Source: Eledone cirrhosa (taxonomy: Eukaryota). From it: 64,000 nucleotides of DNA. Position 1 is the stretch's first letter; each line of letters starts with the position of its first letter. Made by a program: the position numbers and the translations under genes. The stretch is taken from contig OZ024742.1 in NCBI GenBank assembly GCA_964016885.1, positions 278,938,001 to 279,002,000 on the forward strand. The letters run 5' to 3'. The notes under the pieces are model-generated. The model was not told where the DNA came from, searched no databases, and saw nothing but the letters and a program-made list of their open reading frames with translations. Below are positions 14,009 through 26,828 of the stretch, piece after piece.

Positions 14009-14876
14009 CTTGGAATAAATAATGAATATTACATAGTGTACGTACTAACTTCCGAAACTCTTGATTAAATGTAAATAATTTTATTGCTTGTTTCAAGATT
14101 CACTTCTTTAAAATTTTCAAATGTCACCAATTCCGGTTAGCGTCCGTTATATTATAAGACTTATTACATCGCTTATATAAGCATTCATATATTTGCATCG
14201 TTATATAAGGTTTATATTTACGTTGCTAATTTTCTCCTAACGCAGTTTATATATAATATCGTCTTTTTTTAAATGTATGATGAATTACTCTACTGATTGC
14301 AGAAGAGAGTGTAACACAGACTTCATTCAATTTCTGTGCATATTCTCAATTACGATTTTATTTGAGGTATCATATCTACATACATGTATATTTGCGTATA
14401 ATATCAATATGCACAGCCAATATGCTACCACCCGAAGGGTGATTTTTCTGCTAGTATCAACAATTCTCCCTGAGGATTACCTTAAACAAACATGTGTCCG
14501 TGGAATACCCATCCGTAGATAGTTCTGTTGATTGAAGGTAAACACTCAGCCTTATCATATATTGTATCACTTTGAGTCTGCACAAAAATTACGATACGGA
14601 GATTCAGTTAAATGAATCAATTGAAAATCTTTCGTCGGAACTGACGGATGATCATGTGATTATACTTCGGCAAGCAGCATAGATGATGTGAATTTTGATG
14701 GTTTTGTATTCTAATTAATTGTGTATTGTAATGTTCAACATTTAGATAATAAAGTTAACCAAGTAGTGTAATTAGATACTAAAATCACTCCTATTCTACT
14801 GTAATTACACTGTGTTAATGTATTCGTTTCTACAACATATTGCATTTGATATAATCAACACGTTGATTGGATGGAC

Positions 14877-14927
14877 TCTATCTATCAATCTATCTATCTA
14901 TCACCTATCTATCTATCTATCTATCAC

Positions 14928-15005
<78 letters not shown>
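14877..15005. repeat. (TATC)n microsatellite
   Basis: Directly visible. Confidence 0.95.
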
Positions 15006-15006
<1 letters not shown>

Positions 15007-15029
15007 ATTGATGTAATGGTGTTATGCGT

Positions 15030-15665
15030 GCCGGTGGTGGAATATTTCTGGTTGTGTTGGTGGTATTGGTGGTATTTGTGGTATTTGTGGTATTGGTGGT
15101 GTTGGTGGTATTGGTAGTGGAGGTGGTTATACTGTTCGGGTGATGGTTTGGGGAAATAGTCATGGTTGTAGTAGTAGTGGTATTGTTGGTGGGGTGCTTT
15201 CGGAGGGTGATTGGTTAAAGAGTAGTGGTGGTGTTTGTGCTGAGCTTTTTGATGGTGATGGTGAAGGTCGTCTTGCTAATGATGGAGATGGTGTCGAGGT
15301 TGGTCGATGATGGTGGTTATGGTGAGGACGATATTGGTATGTTGTTGTGGCGGTGCGCAATGGCGGTGCAGTTGTGTGATGGTGGTGTGGTGGTGTTGTT
15401 GGTTGTGGCAGAGGTGTCCAGTGTGGTGTTAGTGGCGGTGATGACTTTAGTGCCGCTCGTAGCGGTGCTGTTGATAGGGGTGGTCGGAAGAAATGTTGTG
15501 TTTGGTGGCAATGGAGATGGTCGTGGTGGTTGTGGAAAGTGTGATAGCGGATGTGCTGTAGTAATAGTTGTTTTGGTGGTGTTGCTGTTCGTAGCAATGG
15601 TGATGGTGGTAGATGCTGATGTGCTTGTTATGCAACTGCTGGTGGCTGTGGTTTCCCTGTCTGCT
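15030..15665. repeat. Degenerate (GGT)n low-complexity tract
   Basis: GGT/TGG-rich; Val-rich and Thr/His-rich ORFs are artefacts. Confidence 0.8.
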
Positions 15666-17606
15666 GTGTGAGATTACGTCATGTTAGTAACAAAGAAGTA
15701 TTCGGCTATTTCTATTTCGGAAGCTATAACGTCCAACTTAGGTAGTTGCTTACTAATAACGTTCCCACGTTGAATTTTCTTCATTCTATATAATGATCCT
15801 GTCCAGTCGTCATCTGCTGCATCATTGTTAGGATCTGTTAAGATACTTACGTTGAAAATTGTTGTTTTCTTTTTCTTTCCTGTGAGTGTAGTTGCCAAAG
15901 AATAATATATTGTGTTGTGGATCTTATCTAATTCAGCTAATACAGTGTGGAACATCACTGTAAAGACATATGTTATAACCTATTGCAGACAACGTTGTAC
16001 TACTACGACTACAACGAGCATGTCGACAGTACGACGACAGCAAACGTGTAGGCAACAAGAGAACACAGAAGACAATAACTGTCAAATTGTTTGTCGAACT
16101 ATTTCAGTCTTTTGTGTTCAAATGGAATAAATGATGACGAAAAGGATGATAATCATTATGATGATGAGCAGATGGGCGGTGGTGGTGTTGATGGTAGCGG
16201 GAATGTTGAAGATAATGATGTTGATGATGATCATCATCATTATTGTCATGATGATGAGACATAGAAGAGATGGTGGGAGATGAATAGACAAAAAAAATAT
16301 GGATAAGGAGTGTGTGTTAAATAAACGTGATAATACTGGGTTTGGTGATACGATGATCATGATTTAAATGTTGATTTTGTCATACAAGAACTTTCGATTC
16401 CTCTCAGGAGACGATGTCAACTGTTTTCCGTTTTCGGGAGTAATACAACAAATTATATACAATATTATCTATAGTAATCGGTTATTGCTGTGCTTGGAAT
16501 GCACAGATTTCAAATTTCAAATATTCCTGATAACATCAACTGCATTTCGTAAAGGATTGGTTCAAGGTTGCCCCAAATATCTGGATAACGCGCTTAACAG
16601 GGTGGTACACAATAAAAAAAGACCAACTACATGTAAACAACATTTCATAGTTTTCATGAAAATGCATAAATATATATATATATATAAGAACAATACGAGG
16701 TTTCACATTGAGGTTTTTATTAATTGGACTCAGTTACAAACATTTCACAGTTGTGTGGCTCAAGACCTGTTATAGACCTGACTTCCCCAAACTGCTCATC
16801 AGATTTGTTAATCAAGCAAAATAAGAATCCCATCAAACCTGTTGAGAAAAGTCGTTTTTTTGTGTTAATGTATACTCTTGCTATTGCAAAGTGTGCTTAT
16901 ATTGCTAACTTCCTCAGTGAACCACAAATCTACTGAAGCCTCAAATTATATTGAGATGGACTTTGGTAGTTTCGACACTTACCAACGGTACTATATGTCA
17001 ACCGGCGAACATAGCATCAGGTACAAACCAAACGTTTTCCAGTTGAGTAAGAGTCGAGAGACAAAACATTAATTTATAGCAAGTAATCTACAACAAGTAC
17101 ACAGAGAATTTTATGTGACGTCAGGGAAAAAGTGCGGTGGCCTTATAGCACGAGTGTTCTGAATGAAACAAAGGAAAAAAAGGAATAAAAAAGCAAGAAT
17201 AAAAATGTAAGTTATCGAGTGATAGGATTTTACAGAAAATTTAAATCAAAACATTAAAAATGCATATATCGACTGGGTCACATGGGTTCGACCCAGCTAA
17301 AAGTGTTAATAGCAAGAGCTAGAAATTGCTGATTAATAGTTAAATGATGTAATAATTTTAGGACTTACCAGTATATCAACAGTGGACATTTCTTATTAAA
17401 TTGAGCAAAAGAAAGCCATATATACTCTCCTGAGTCACGTTAGGACAACTGTTGGTATTTGTACGTGGGCTCGTTGAAAATACATAATGTAATGGTACAG
17501 TAGGGGAACAAACAAGGCTGCCAAATTAAAATAACTATATGTGTGTATGTATGTATGTATGTATGTATGTATGTATGCGTGTATGCATGTATGTATGTGT
17601 GCATGT

Positions 17607-18208
17607 CAGGTCACTAGTTGGTGCTACTGGTAACATGTATCCCAGTACAACCTTTCTCATGGTCGGGTCGTTGTCGACTAAACTGGCAACCCTACCAAGG
17701 TTTCTTGGTGAAGAGCGTGACTTTGGACATCCTGCAGGATTAAAAACAAAACCTGTCAAAGGGCAAAGGAGCTCTTAAGAGTCAATGGCCATCCACAATC
17801 TCCGGGAGCGATGACCCCTTAGCCTTTGTCAAGGCAGAATTCTAGGAGAAGGAAAACTCTGATATAACAGCTGCAACCCTGATGGTATCCAATGATGTTG
17901 ACTTCTTCTTTTTGGTAAATATCATCTTGGTTAAGAGAGTGGGACTGGCTTTGTGCAGTGCCTTTGCTCACTATAAAAGCTTCACGGCACAGACATTTAT
18001 TTATATCTGGAGATCTCTCTGCACTTGTCGTCACATGGTACCATGGGCCCAGCACTGTGTGTCAATAATTGTCACAAATGTAGTGTTTGTACCAGAGTTT
18101 TCAAGCCGCTGGCTGACTAAAAAGTCACTCTCGTTCAGCGCATCGGTGGGGGTTCTCCTACATGGATATAAGGTAGTGGCCGTACTCGAAAACGAGTTGG
18201 CAGCCACC
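17607..18208 (+). mobile_element. Internally deleted (bipartite) RTE-derived non-autonomous element
   Basis: 12-bp TSD ATGTGTGCATGT at 17595-17606 and 18209-18220; RTE-like 5'UTR motif CTAGGAGAAGGAAAACTCTGA; decayed C-terminal zinc finger KCSVCTRVFK; 3' hairpin CTCG-AAAA-CGAG. Confidence 0.65.
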
Positions 18209-18230
18209 ATGTGTGCATGTATGTATGTAT

Positions 18231-18492
18231 CTTAATTTCGAGTGCATTTCTGACCGGCCACCTTCCTGGTGGCAAGGTTGTAAAAGAAAAGAAATTGTCA
18301 TCCCTTGAATCGCAAGAAAGTTTTTCAAATTTTGAAAGCACTATCTATCGCAGCCATTTCTAGTCCATGATACATGGAGCTGCGCTCTTTGTCCACAAAT
18401 CTAAGTTCAGTTATTCATTGGTCCAAGAGGGTTGGTATATATCCTGTAGCTCCAATAATAATGGGTATGAAGCTGAAGGTGTATAGTGGATA
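18231..18492 (-). mobile_element. Dong/R4-like (REL endonuclease) LINE 3' end, family A
   Basis: Translates YPLYTFSFIPIIIGATGYIP...KTFLRF; flanked by (ATGT)n. Confidence 0.6.
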
Positions 18493-18522
18493 TGCATACA
18501 TATATATATGTATGTATGTATG

Positions 18523-18972
18523 TTTTTTCTGATTTTATAATTTCACACATTTTTTCCCAATAGAGAGAGAGTCGGTTTCTAACATAGACACATGACTCTC
18601 TCATTGGAATTTACACAACATCGACTAGGTAGATTATGCATGCATGTGTAGATATGGATGTTATTGTATGTGTTGATGTGTATGTTTTGAGTTATATGTG
18701 TGCATGTGTATATGCTTTGTATCTGTGCATGTGTATATGCAGTTATTAGATGCAACATTTTTGGAATGTTTTACATATTTTTACTGTTCCATTAATAGAT
18801 TGTACTTGTAATTTCCTAACTAGTTGTGTTCTTTCTGTTCCTGTGAAGCCCAGCTTCTCAAGATTTGTATTGTGGCATTTACTAACATATCCCGGTGGCC
18901 CAATAATCACAGGCATAAATCTGAAGGTGTAATCGGGTGGAGTATCTGCAGATTTCTCATCAGTTATGCATA
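18523..18972 (-). mobile_element. Dong/R4-like LINE 3' end, family B
   Basis: PDYTFRFMPVIIGPPGYV...SINGTVKICKTFQK plus 3'UTR; both ends in (ATGT)n-like sequence. Confidence 0.7.
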
Positions 18973-18994
18973 TGTATGTATACATGTATGTATG

Positions 18995-19273
18995 TTCTTC
19001 TGGTTTTATAATTTCACAAAGTGTTACCAATAGAGAGGGAGAGTCGGTTTCTAACGTAGACACAAGACTCGCTCATTGGAATTTACACAGCATCAACTAG
19101 GTAGATATGTATGTATGCATGCATGTGTAGATATGGATGTTATTGTATGTGTGTATGTGTATGTTTTGAGTTGTATGTGTGCATGTGTATATCCTTTACA
19201 TCTGTACATGTGTATATGCAGTTATTAGATTCAAATTTGTGGAATGTTTTACATATTTTTATTGTTCCATTAA
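18995..19273 (-). mobile_element. Dong/R4-like LINE 3' end, family B (second copy)
   Basis: Homologous to ~18523-18795 (INGTIKICKTFHK); flanked by (ATGT)n. Confidence 0.7.
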
Positions 19274-19362
19274 TGTATGTATGTATGTATGTATGTATGT
19301 ATGTATGTATGTATGTATGTATGTATGCATGCATGCATGTATGCATGCATATATGTATGTAG

Positions 19363-19472
19363 ACGGTGAAATGGCAGGGTCGTTAGAATGTCGTTAGGAT
19401 GAAGAATAGATTCCCGAAGAGGTCAACATTGCCTTTCATCCTTCCATGGTCGATAAAAAAGTACCAGTAGGA
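19363..19472 (+). mobile_element. Divergent SINE fragment
   Basis: TTGCCTTTCATCCTTCCATGGTCGATAAAAAAGTACCAG core. Confidence 0.6.
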
Positions 19473-19929
19473 CCCATACCCTACCATACCATGTATGTAT
19501 TTATGTATGTATGTGTGTATGTATTTATGTGTGTATATGTAAGTATGTAAGTATGTATATGTACGTATGTATATGGATGTTTGTATGAATATATGTGTGT
19601 ATACATTTATGTATATATGCATATATATGTATGATATATGTCGCCGATTTTCATAGTTGCGTCACAGTTGATATTCTTATATGAAATTATTAATGCTATT
19701 ATTATTTTTGATTCACAATTCATTTCACGTATTCGGGGTTGTTGAACCAGAGTTCTTCATATTTTTAGGTTGTGCGTAAAAAAAATATTTATTCTTATTT
19801 TCTTTTCCCCATTCTATTATGCTACCGTGGACCCTAACCCTAACCCTATACTAACATGTTAACCTCTGTCATTCTTTTTATCCACTTTTAATACCAACTT
19901 ATATCTTTTATTTCTCTTCCACTTCTCAT

Positions 19930-20420
<491 letters not shown>

Positions 20421-20606
20421 TATATATCTATATGTTGTTATACTTTGGGAGGGTCATGTTGCCAATAAGAAACACACGCACCAGTTGCTTTCACTTCAAT
20501 TTATTATATACTTATAAATTCATAAATTTACAAATCTACAAACCTATAAATTATAAATTTCTGGTTGGGTGGTTGGTTCCACAACCAGATAGTTGTTTAT
20601 ATATAT

Positions 20607-20651
20607 AGTCATAGTCCTTTCGTCACACACTCTGTGACCTCTTCAGTGACT
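20607..20651 (-). ncRNA. Minimal type I hammerhead in PLE pLTR
   Basis: AGTCA-CTGAAGA-G-GTCACA-gagtg-TGTGAC-GAAA-GGAC-TA-TGACT; triplet CUA; intact. Confidence 0.85.
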
Positions 20652-20928
20652 GGGGATTCCTTTCTTCGTTTCTGTGCCTTTTCTTTCTTCTATCCTACGC
20701 CATTTTGTTTCTGTGTGTGTGTTGTGTGCTCAGTTTGCGCATGTGCCACATCCGGGTGTCTGTGTGTGTTTGTGTTCATTTTTCTATTTGTTTATTTATT
20801 TATTGTTGGTTGGTTGTTTGTTCTATGTGTGTGTGTGTTTTCATTTTGTCCTGTGTGTGTTTTCATTTTGTGTGTGTTTTCAATTGTAAGTTGTTTGTTC
20901 TATGTGTGTGTGTGTTTTCATTTTGTCC

Positions 20929-23900
20929 TTAATTGTAAGTTGTGATGTTGCTGTTCCACTCATATTTTCTATTTAATTTTGGTTTTAATTCTTTTATGCT
21001 TACTGCCTCTTTAATTTGCCTAAACATTGCGTCTTTTCTGTGCGTGGATTCTATTTTTATTTCTATGCTCTCTAATCTACCCCTGTGTTCTATCTTAGCA
21101 TGTTGGTAGAGCACAGATGATTCTTTATTATCTTGGAGGTCTCGCCAGTGTTCATTTATTCGTTCCCCTATACTACGAGCTGTCTCACCTATGTACACTA
21201 TATTTTTGTTTCTACATTGTCCTTCAGTACATCTTATGCTATACACTACATTTCTAGTTTTACAGTTAATATGGGGGCTTATTTTACAGGTTATACATTT
21301 CTTAGCCAGAGAACTGCATAGGGTGGATGAAGTGTTGTATGTGTCTCTCTAGTTCTTCGGGATTGCACATGCGGGACACATTTCTCATCACCCGTACCAA
21401 ATCCGCAATCAGTATGTTGATTTTGGTATGGTCCGAAATGGCCTAGTTTCGGTGGATCAGATGTTTGGAAGTCATGGGTTTGGCATAATGGGAATGGAGG
21501 ATTTGTTTTTGGTTGTTAATGGTATCTAACCAGAGCTCTGTGTCTAGTACAGGTAATCGATGGTTGGGGTGTCTACTTGGGTAGTCTATAGTAACTCTAA
21601 TGCTCTGGTGGATGGAGTTTGCTATTTGCTGGATGCTTTCCAATGTGTTTTTCTCTAGTTCCTGACTGTTCTTTAGTGGGGGTGTCTTAACTACGATGTT
21701 TATATCATCTACGTAGCGGGAGTACATTATCAGGGTTAAGCTGTCTTCTAATTGTTCATTAAATTTTTGTTTAAGTCTACTGTCCCACCATACCATGAAT
21801 AAGTTAGCTATGTCGCCTGCAATGCTAACACCAATGGCTGCTCCTTCCTCTTGGGCATATGTTTTACCATTAAATTTGAACATATGTTCCTTAAGGGTTA
21901 ATTTTATGCTGGCCCCTACCGCATGTGCAATCATTTTCTTCAGTTCATCGTGGTTTTCGGGTGTCCGTATGGCTCTGGTCCACCCGTTCCATCTATCTGT
22001 GTGGGTTTTCTTGGCCATTGAGGTAATGGTAGGTGGTCTGCCTCTTGCTGGTCTTGTAGGGCACAGGTTGCTAAGGTCATAAGTGTCTAGGTAACTATTA
22101 CTATGGGTAAGCTTAAGTAGAAGTCCCAGCTCACTGGTATCAATCCCACGGAACTCAACCTTGCTCTCGCTGATCATTTCTACGCATTTCTCCACAGCAA
22201 AATCCACGTCAATAGATGGATACAGGGACACAACATCCATACTGCCTAATATGCAGTTTGTTAGGTCCCCAGATCGGTTACCCGCGCCTATTCTGCTGAG
22301 GAGGTCCTCCGTGCTGTCACACACGTCTGGGGACATCTCAATGATGGGGCGTATGATCAGGGAGAGGAAGTAGGACAGTCTGTAGTTACTAGCAATGTTA
22401 GCCCCACAGACTGGTCGTGTTGGTGGTCCCGTGACAGGGTACCAGCCCGTCTTATGGTCTTTTCGAAGCCCATACAACGCCGGCACGTCATTGTTCCAGG
22501 CCTGGAAGTTGTTGGCAGTCTTTTTGTTGGGCTGCATTATATTTGTCCACATCACCATATGGGCATTGAGGGCTTTTTCTCTATCCTCATGCTCCTGTGG
22601 TGTTACCTCTCTTGTGTTAGTGATGTGGGGTTGCATTGCCTGGATGTAGTTTGGCAGGCTGTCAACCGACATTCTGCCAGACTTGTCTGTTGGAAAACAT
22701 GCTATCTCTCCATTACGCGAGCGCTGCATGAGCTTACGCTAGCCATTTGCAGATTCTTCTCCCAGTTGCTGGGCCTCTATTCTATTATGCTTCTTGCTAT
22801 ACTGTTCTATAATATTTCTAAGTTCGGATTTAGCTATACTAAATTGTGCTTCTGTTTGTTCATCGACCTGCGACGGCAACTGCGTGCGTTTGTTAAATGG
22901 CAAAGTCGTGGCGTGGACTCGTCGTAGGTCGAATGATTTATCGGAGGGGTTATAAAACGGAGAGTTCCAGGCTGCTGCTTTATGTGTACTAGTGCTATTA
23001 TTATTGTTAGTTGTGTTATTTCTGTTTCTATTTCCACCAGCAGCCTCAGCTTCATAGTTGTTTCTATGTCTCTCATAATTACTCCTGTCTCTTTCCACTG
23101 GCTCAATGTTGTTATCTACCCTATTTTGTGTGTCTGTGTGTTCGTCTTGGTTATTCTCTTTGTCCTTAGTCTCCCATCTCCTTTTCTTTTTAATCCTATT
23201 ACTTTCTCTTATTTCTCTGATTTCTGTGCTACTGTCATTACTTGTTTTCTGTGTCTGTGTGTTTGTTAAGATTGTGGTGGTGGTGAGAGGCATTGAATGC
23301 GTGTGTGTTGTTGTTGTTGATGTGTGTTGTTGTTGATGTGTTTTGTTGTTGTCTCCGTGTGTGTGTGTGTTATCGTTTTTGTGTGTGTTGTTATTGTTGT
23401 TTGTGTCTGCGTGTCTGTTGTTGTTGTATCTGGGTATGTGCTTATTGTTGTTGATGTGTGTGTTGTTGTTATTGTTGTCACCGAGTGTGTTATCGTTGCT
23501 GTGTGTGTTGTTATTGTTGTTTGTGTCTGCGTGTCTGTTGTTGTTGTATCTGGGTATGTTGCTATTGTTGTTGTTGTTGTTATTGTTGTTTGTGTCTGTG
23601 TGTCTGTTGTTGTTGGGATGTGTGTTGTATATGTGTGTGCGTATATTGTTGCTTTTGTTTTTGATGCTCCAGCGTAGTTTTGTAAATGATTTTTCTATTT
23701 CTGACAGACAACTAATCATATTTACCTTCTTGAATGTCGCAAATGTGGGTGGCAGACGTAATACAGACATTTCATTATTATCTATTTCCGTGCTTCCATA
23801 AATGTTGGTATTTTCGTTGTTGAACTCTTCAGATAATGAGGTGTCGGCCATGTTGATACCGTCACTTTGTCGGGATATCTATAGGTATACTCTATAGTAT

Positions 23901-24394
23901 CCCGATTTAGCTTTGTCTGTTTAAGCCACTTTAATTTTCTGTTAAAGTGCTTATCACATTCTTGAGTAATGTACTGTTCTTCGGGGCGTATAAGGCTTAT
24001 AAATGTTAGTTTTTCTGCTGGTGTGGTGATTTTAGATATTTCTTGTATTAGGTTACGCTTTAGTTTTTTCTTGATGACTTAATTCTCTATAGATCTTCTT
24101 TTTTATGTTTAGAATTAAAGTTCGTTTTAGCCTATCTGCTTGTTTTTTGGTGAGTTGTAATCTTCTAACGTCGGTATTGATGGTGTTGGTGTAGATTCTA
24201 GAAGTGGTGCGCAGTTTTATGAAGTGTAGTTGTCGAGATGTTATGGTTGTTCGTAGACAACAGAACATGGTGGTTTTCAGTATCTTGTTAGCCTGGCTAC
24301 GGCTTACGATATTTCGTTTCTGAATTTGTTTAACAAGATTCTTTATCTGAAATCGTGTGTTGAAACCGATATTGTTATACTTTGGGAGGGTCAT
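20929..24394 (-). pseudogene. PLE ORF (RT + GIY-YIG), disrupted
   Basis: [11 protein letters not shown]; motifs PTDKSGR, SMDVVSLYPSI, QEEGAAIG, RYVDD, VYSIRC..C..YIGET..ERINEH. Frameshifts, stops at 22739 and 21443, ~344-nt deletion near 21303. Confidence 0.92.
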
Positions 24395-24543
24395 GTTGCC
24401 AATAAGAAACACACGCACCAGTTGCTTTCACTTCAATTTATTATATATTTATAAATTCATAAATTTACAAATCTACAAACCTATTAATTATAAATTTCTG
24501 GTTGGTTGGTTGGTTCCACAACCATATAGTTGTTTATATATAT

Positions 24544-24588
24544 AGTCATAGTCCTTTCGTCACACACTCTGTGACCTCTTCAGTGACT
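24544..24588 (-). ncRNA. Minimal type I hammerhead in PLE pLTR
   Basis: Identical intact motif. Confidence 0.85.
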
Positions 24589-24896
24589 GGGGATCCCTTT
24601 CTTCGTTTCCGTGCCTTTTCTTTCTTCTATCCTACGCCATTTTGTTTCTGTGTGTGTGTTGTGTGCTCAGTTTGCGCATGTGCCACATCCGGGTGGCTGT
24701 GTGTGTTTGTGTTCATTTTTCTATTTGTTTATTTATTTATTGTTGGTTGGTTGTTTGTTCTATGTGTGTGTGTGTTTTCATTTTGTCCTGTGTGTGTTTT
24801 CATTTTGTGTGTGTTTTCAATTGTAAGTTGTTTGTTCTATGTGTGTGTGTGTTTTCATTTTGTCCTTAATTGTAAGTTGTGATGTTGCTGTTCCAC

Positions 24897-25934
24897 TCAT
24901 ATTCTATTTAATTTTGGTTTTAATTCTTTTATGTTTACTGTCTCTGTAATTTGCCTGAACATTGCGTCTTTACTGTGCGTGGATTCTATTTTTATTTCTA
25001 TGCTCTCTAATCTACCCCTGTGTTCTATCTTAGCATGTTGGTAGAGCACAGATGATTCTTTATTATCTTGGAGGTCTCGCCAGTGTTCATTTATTCGTTC
25101 CCCTATACTACGAGTGGTCTCACCTATGTACACTATATTTTTGTTTCTACATTGTCCTTCAGTACATCTTATGCTATACACTACATTTCTAGTTTTACAG
25201 GTTATACATTTCTTATCTATACATGAGGGTCTTTGGAACGGGTATGTCTTGCTAATAAGTGTTTTTGCGGAGGTACCAGGTCTTTCTACTATCTTAATAT
25301 TGAGATTATGTTTATTTAGGGCCCTTCTGAATTTGTAGGCTAGTTCGCCTCTAGGGGTTGTATTGATGAACATTACACTCTGGTATGTATTGCTATCATA
25401 CCATGAGTTTATTCTATTGGCCTTGTTCCTAGTTCTTTCTATTCTATTCCAAAATTTGCTCCTATACAAGGGGCAGGTCTCATTTATATCATTATTTACC
25501 ATTTTTTCCCATTTGGTTCTGGCTCCTTTATACAATCTGATTCTATCTCTCTGATTGTAGCCAGAGAACTGCATACGGTGGATGAAGTGTTGTATGTGTC
25601 TCTCTAGTTCTTCGGGGTTGCACATGCGGGACACATTTCTCATCACCGGTACCAAATCCGCAATCAGTATGTTGATTTTGTTATGGTCCGAAATGGCCGA
25701 GTTTCGGTGGATCAGATGTTTGGAAGTCATGGGTTTGGCATGATGGGAATGGAGGATTTGTTTTTGGTTGTTAATGGTATCTAACCAGAGCTCTGTGTCT
25801 AGTACAGGTAATCGATGGTTGGGGTGTCTACTTGGGTAGTCTATAGTAATTCTAATGCTCTGGTGGATGGAGTTTGCTATTTGCTGGATGCTTTCCAATG
25901 TGTTTTTCTCTAGTTCCTGACTGTTCTTTAGTGG
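24897..25934 (-). pseudogene. 5'-truncated PLE ORF: RT thumb, linker, Cys motif and GIY-YIG endonuclease
   Basis: Open frame with LPVLDTELW, CIDKKCITC and YIGET; retains the ~344 nt missing from both long copies. Confidence 0.9.
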
Positions 25935-26355
25935 TACCTCCGTAAAAAACACTTATTAGCAAGACATACCCGTCCCTCATGTATAGATAAGAAATGTATA
26001 ACCTGTAAAATAAGCCCCTATATTAACTGTAAAACTAGAAATGTAGTGTATAGCATAAGATGTACTGAAGGACAATGTAGAAACAAAAATATAGTGTACA
26101 TACGTGAGACAGCTCGTAGTATAGGGGAACGAATAAATGAACACTGGCGAGACCTCCAAGATAATAAAGAATCATCTGTGCTCTACCAACATGCTAAGAT
26201 AGAACACAGGGGTAGATTAGAGAGCATAGAAATAAAAATAGAATCCACGCACATAAAAGACGCAATGTTTAGGCAAATTACAAAGCATAAAAGAATTAAA
26301 ACCAAAATTAAATAGAAAATATGAGTGGAACAGCAACATCACAGCTTACAATTAA
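25932..26355 (+). pseudogene. 5'-truncated PLE endonuclease fragment
   Basis: VYSIRCTEGQC..YIRET; small deletions. Confidence 0.85.
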
Positions 26356-26634
26356 GGACAAAATGAAAACACACACACACACATAGAACAAACAACTTAC
26401 AATTGAAAACACACACAAAATGAAAACACACACAGGACAAATTGAAAACACACACACACATAGAACAAACAACCAACCAACAATAAATAAATAAACAAAG
26501 AGAAAAATGAACACAAACACACACAGACACCCGGATGTGGCACATGCGCAAACTGAGCACACAGCACACACACATAAACAAAATGGCGTAGGATAGAAGA
26601 AAGAAAAGGCACAGAAACGAAGAAAGGAATCCCC

Positions 26635-26679
26635 AGTCACTGAAGAGGTCACAGAGTGTGTGACGCAAGGACTATGACT
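26635..26679 (+). ncRNA. Hammerhead in PLE pLTR, core mutated
   Basis: GAAA changed to GCAA. Confidence 0.7.
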
Positions 26680-26828
26680 ATATATATAAACAACTATCTG
26701 GTTGTGGAACCAACCAACCAACCAGAAATTTATAATTTATAGGTTTGTAGATTTGTAAATTTATGAATTTATAAATATATAATAAATTAAAGTGAAAGCA
26801 ACTGGTGCGTGTGTTTCTTATTGGCAAC

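Noticed and set aside
14465-14552. CTGAGGA-TACCTT...AAGGTA possible long hammerhead
   Set aside because: GAAA and stem I are not recoverable.
16597-16815. TA-CAGGGTG start and SPDL-like remnant suggesting Tc1/mariner
   Set aside because: No matching TIR or convincing transposase found.
19832-19849. (CCCTAA)2-3 telomere-like repeat
   Set aside because: Too short to interpret.
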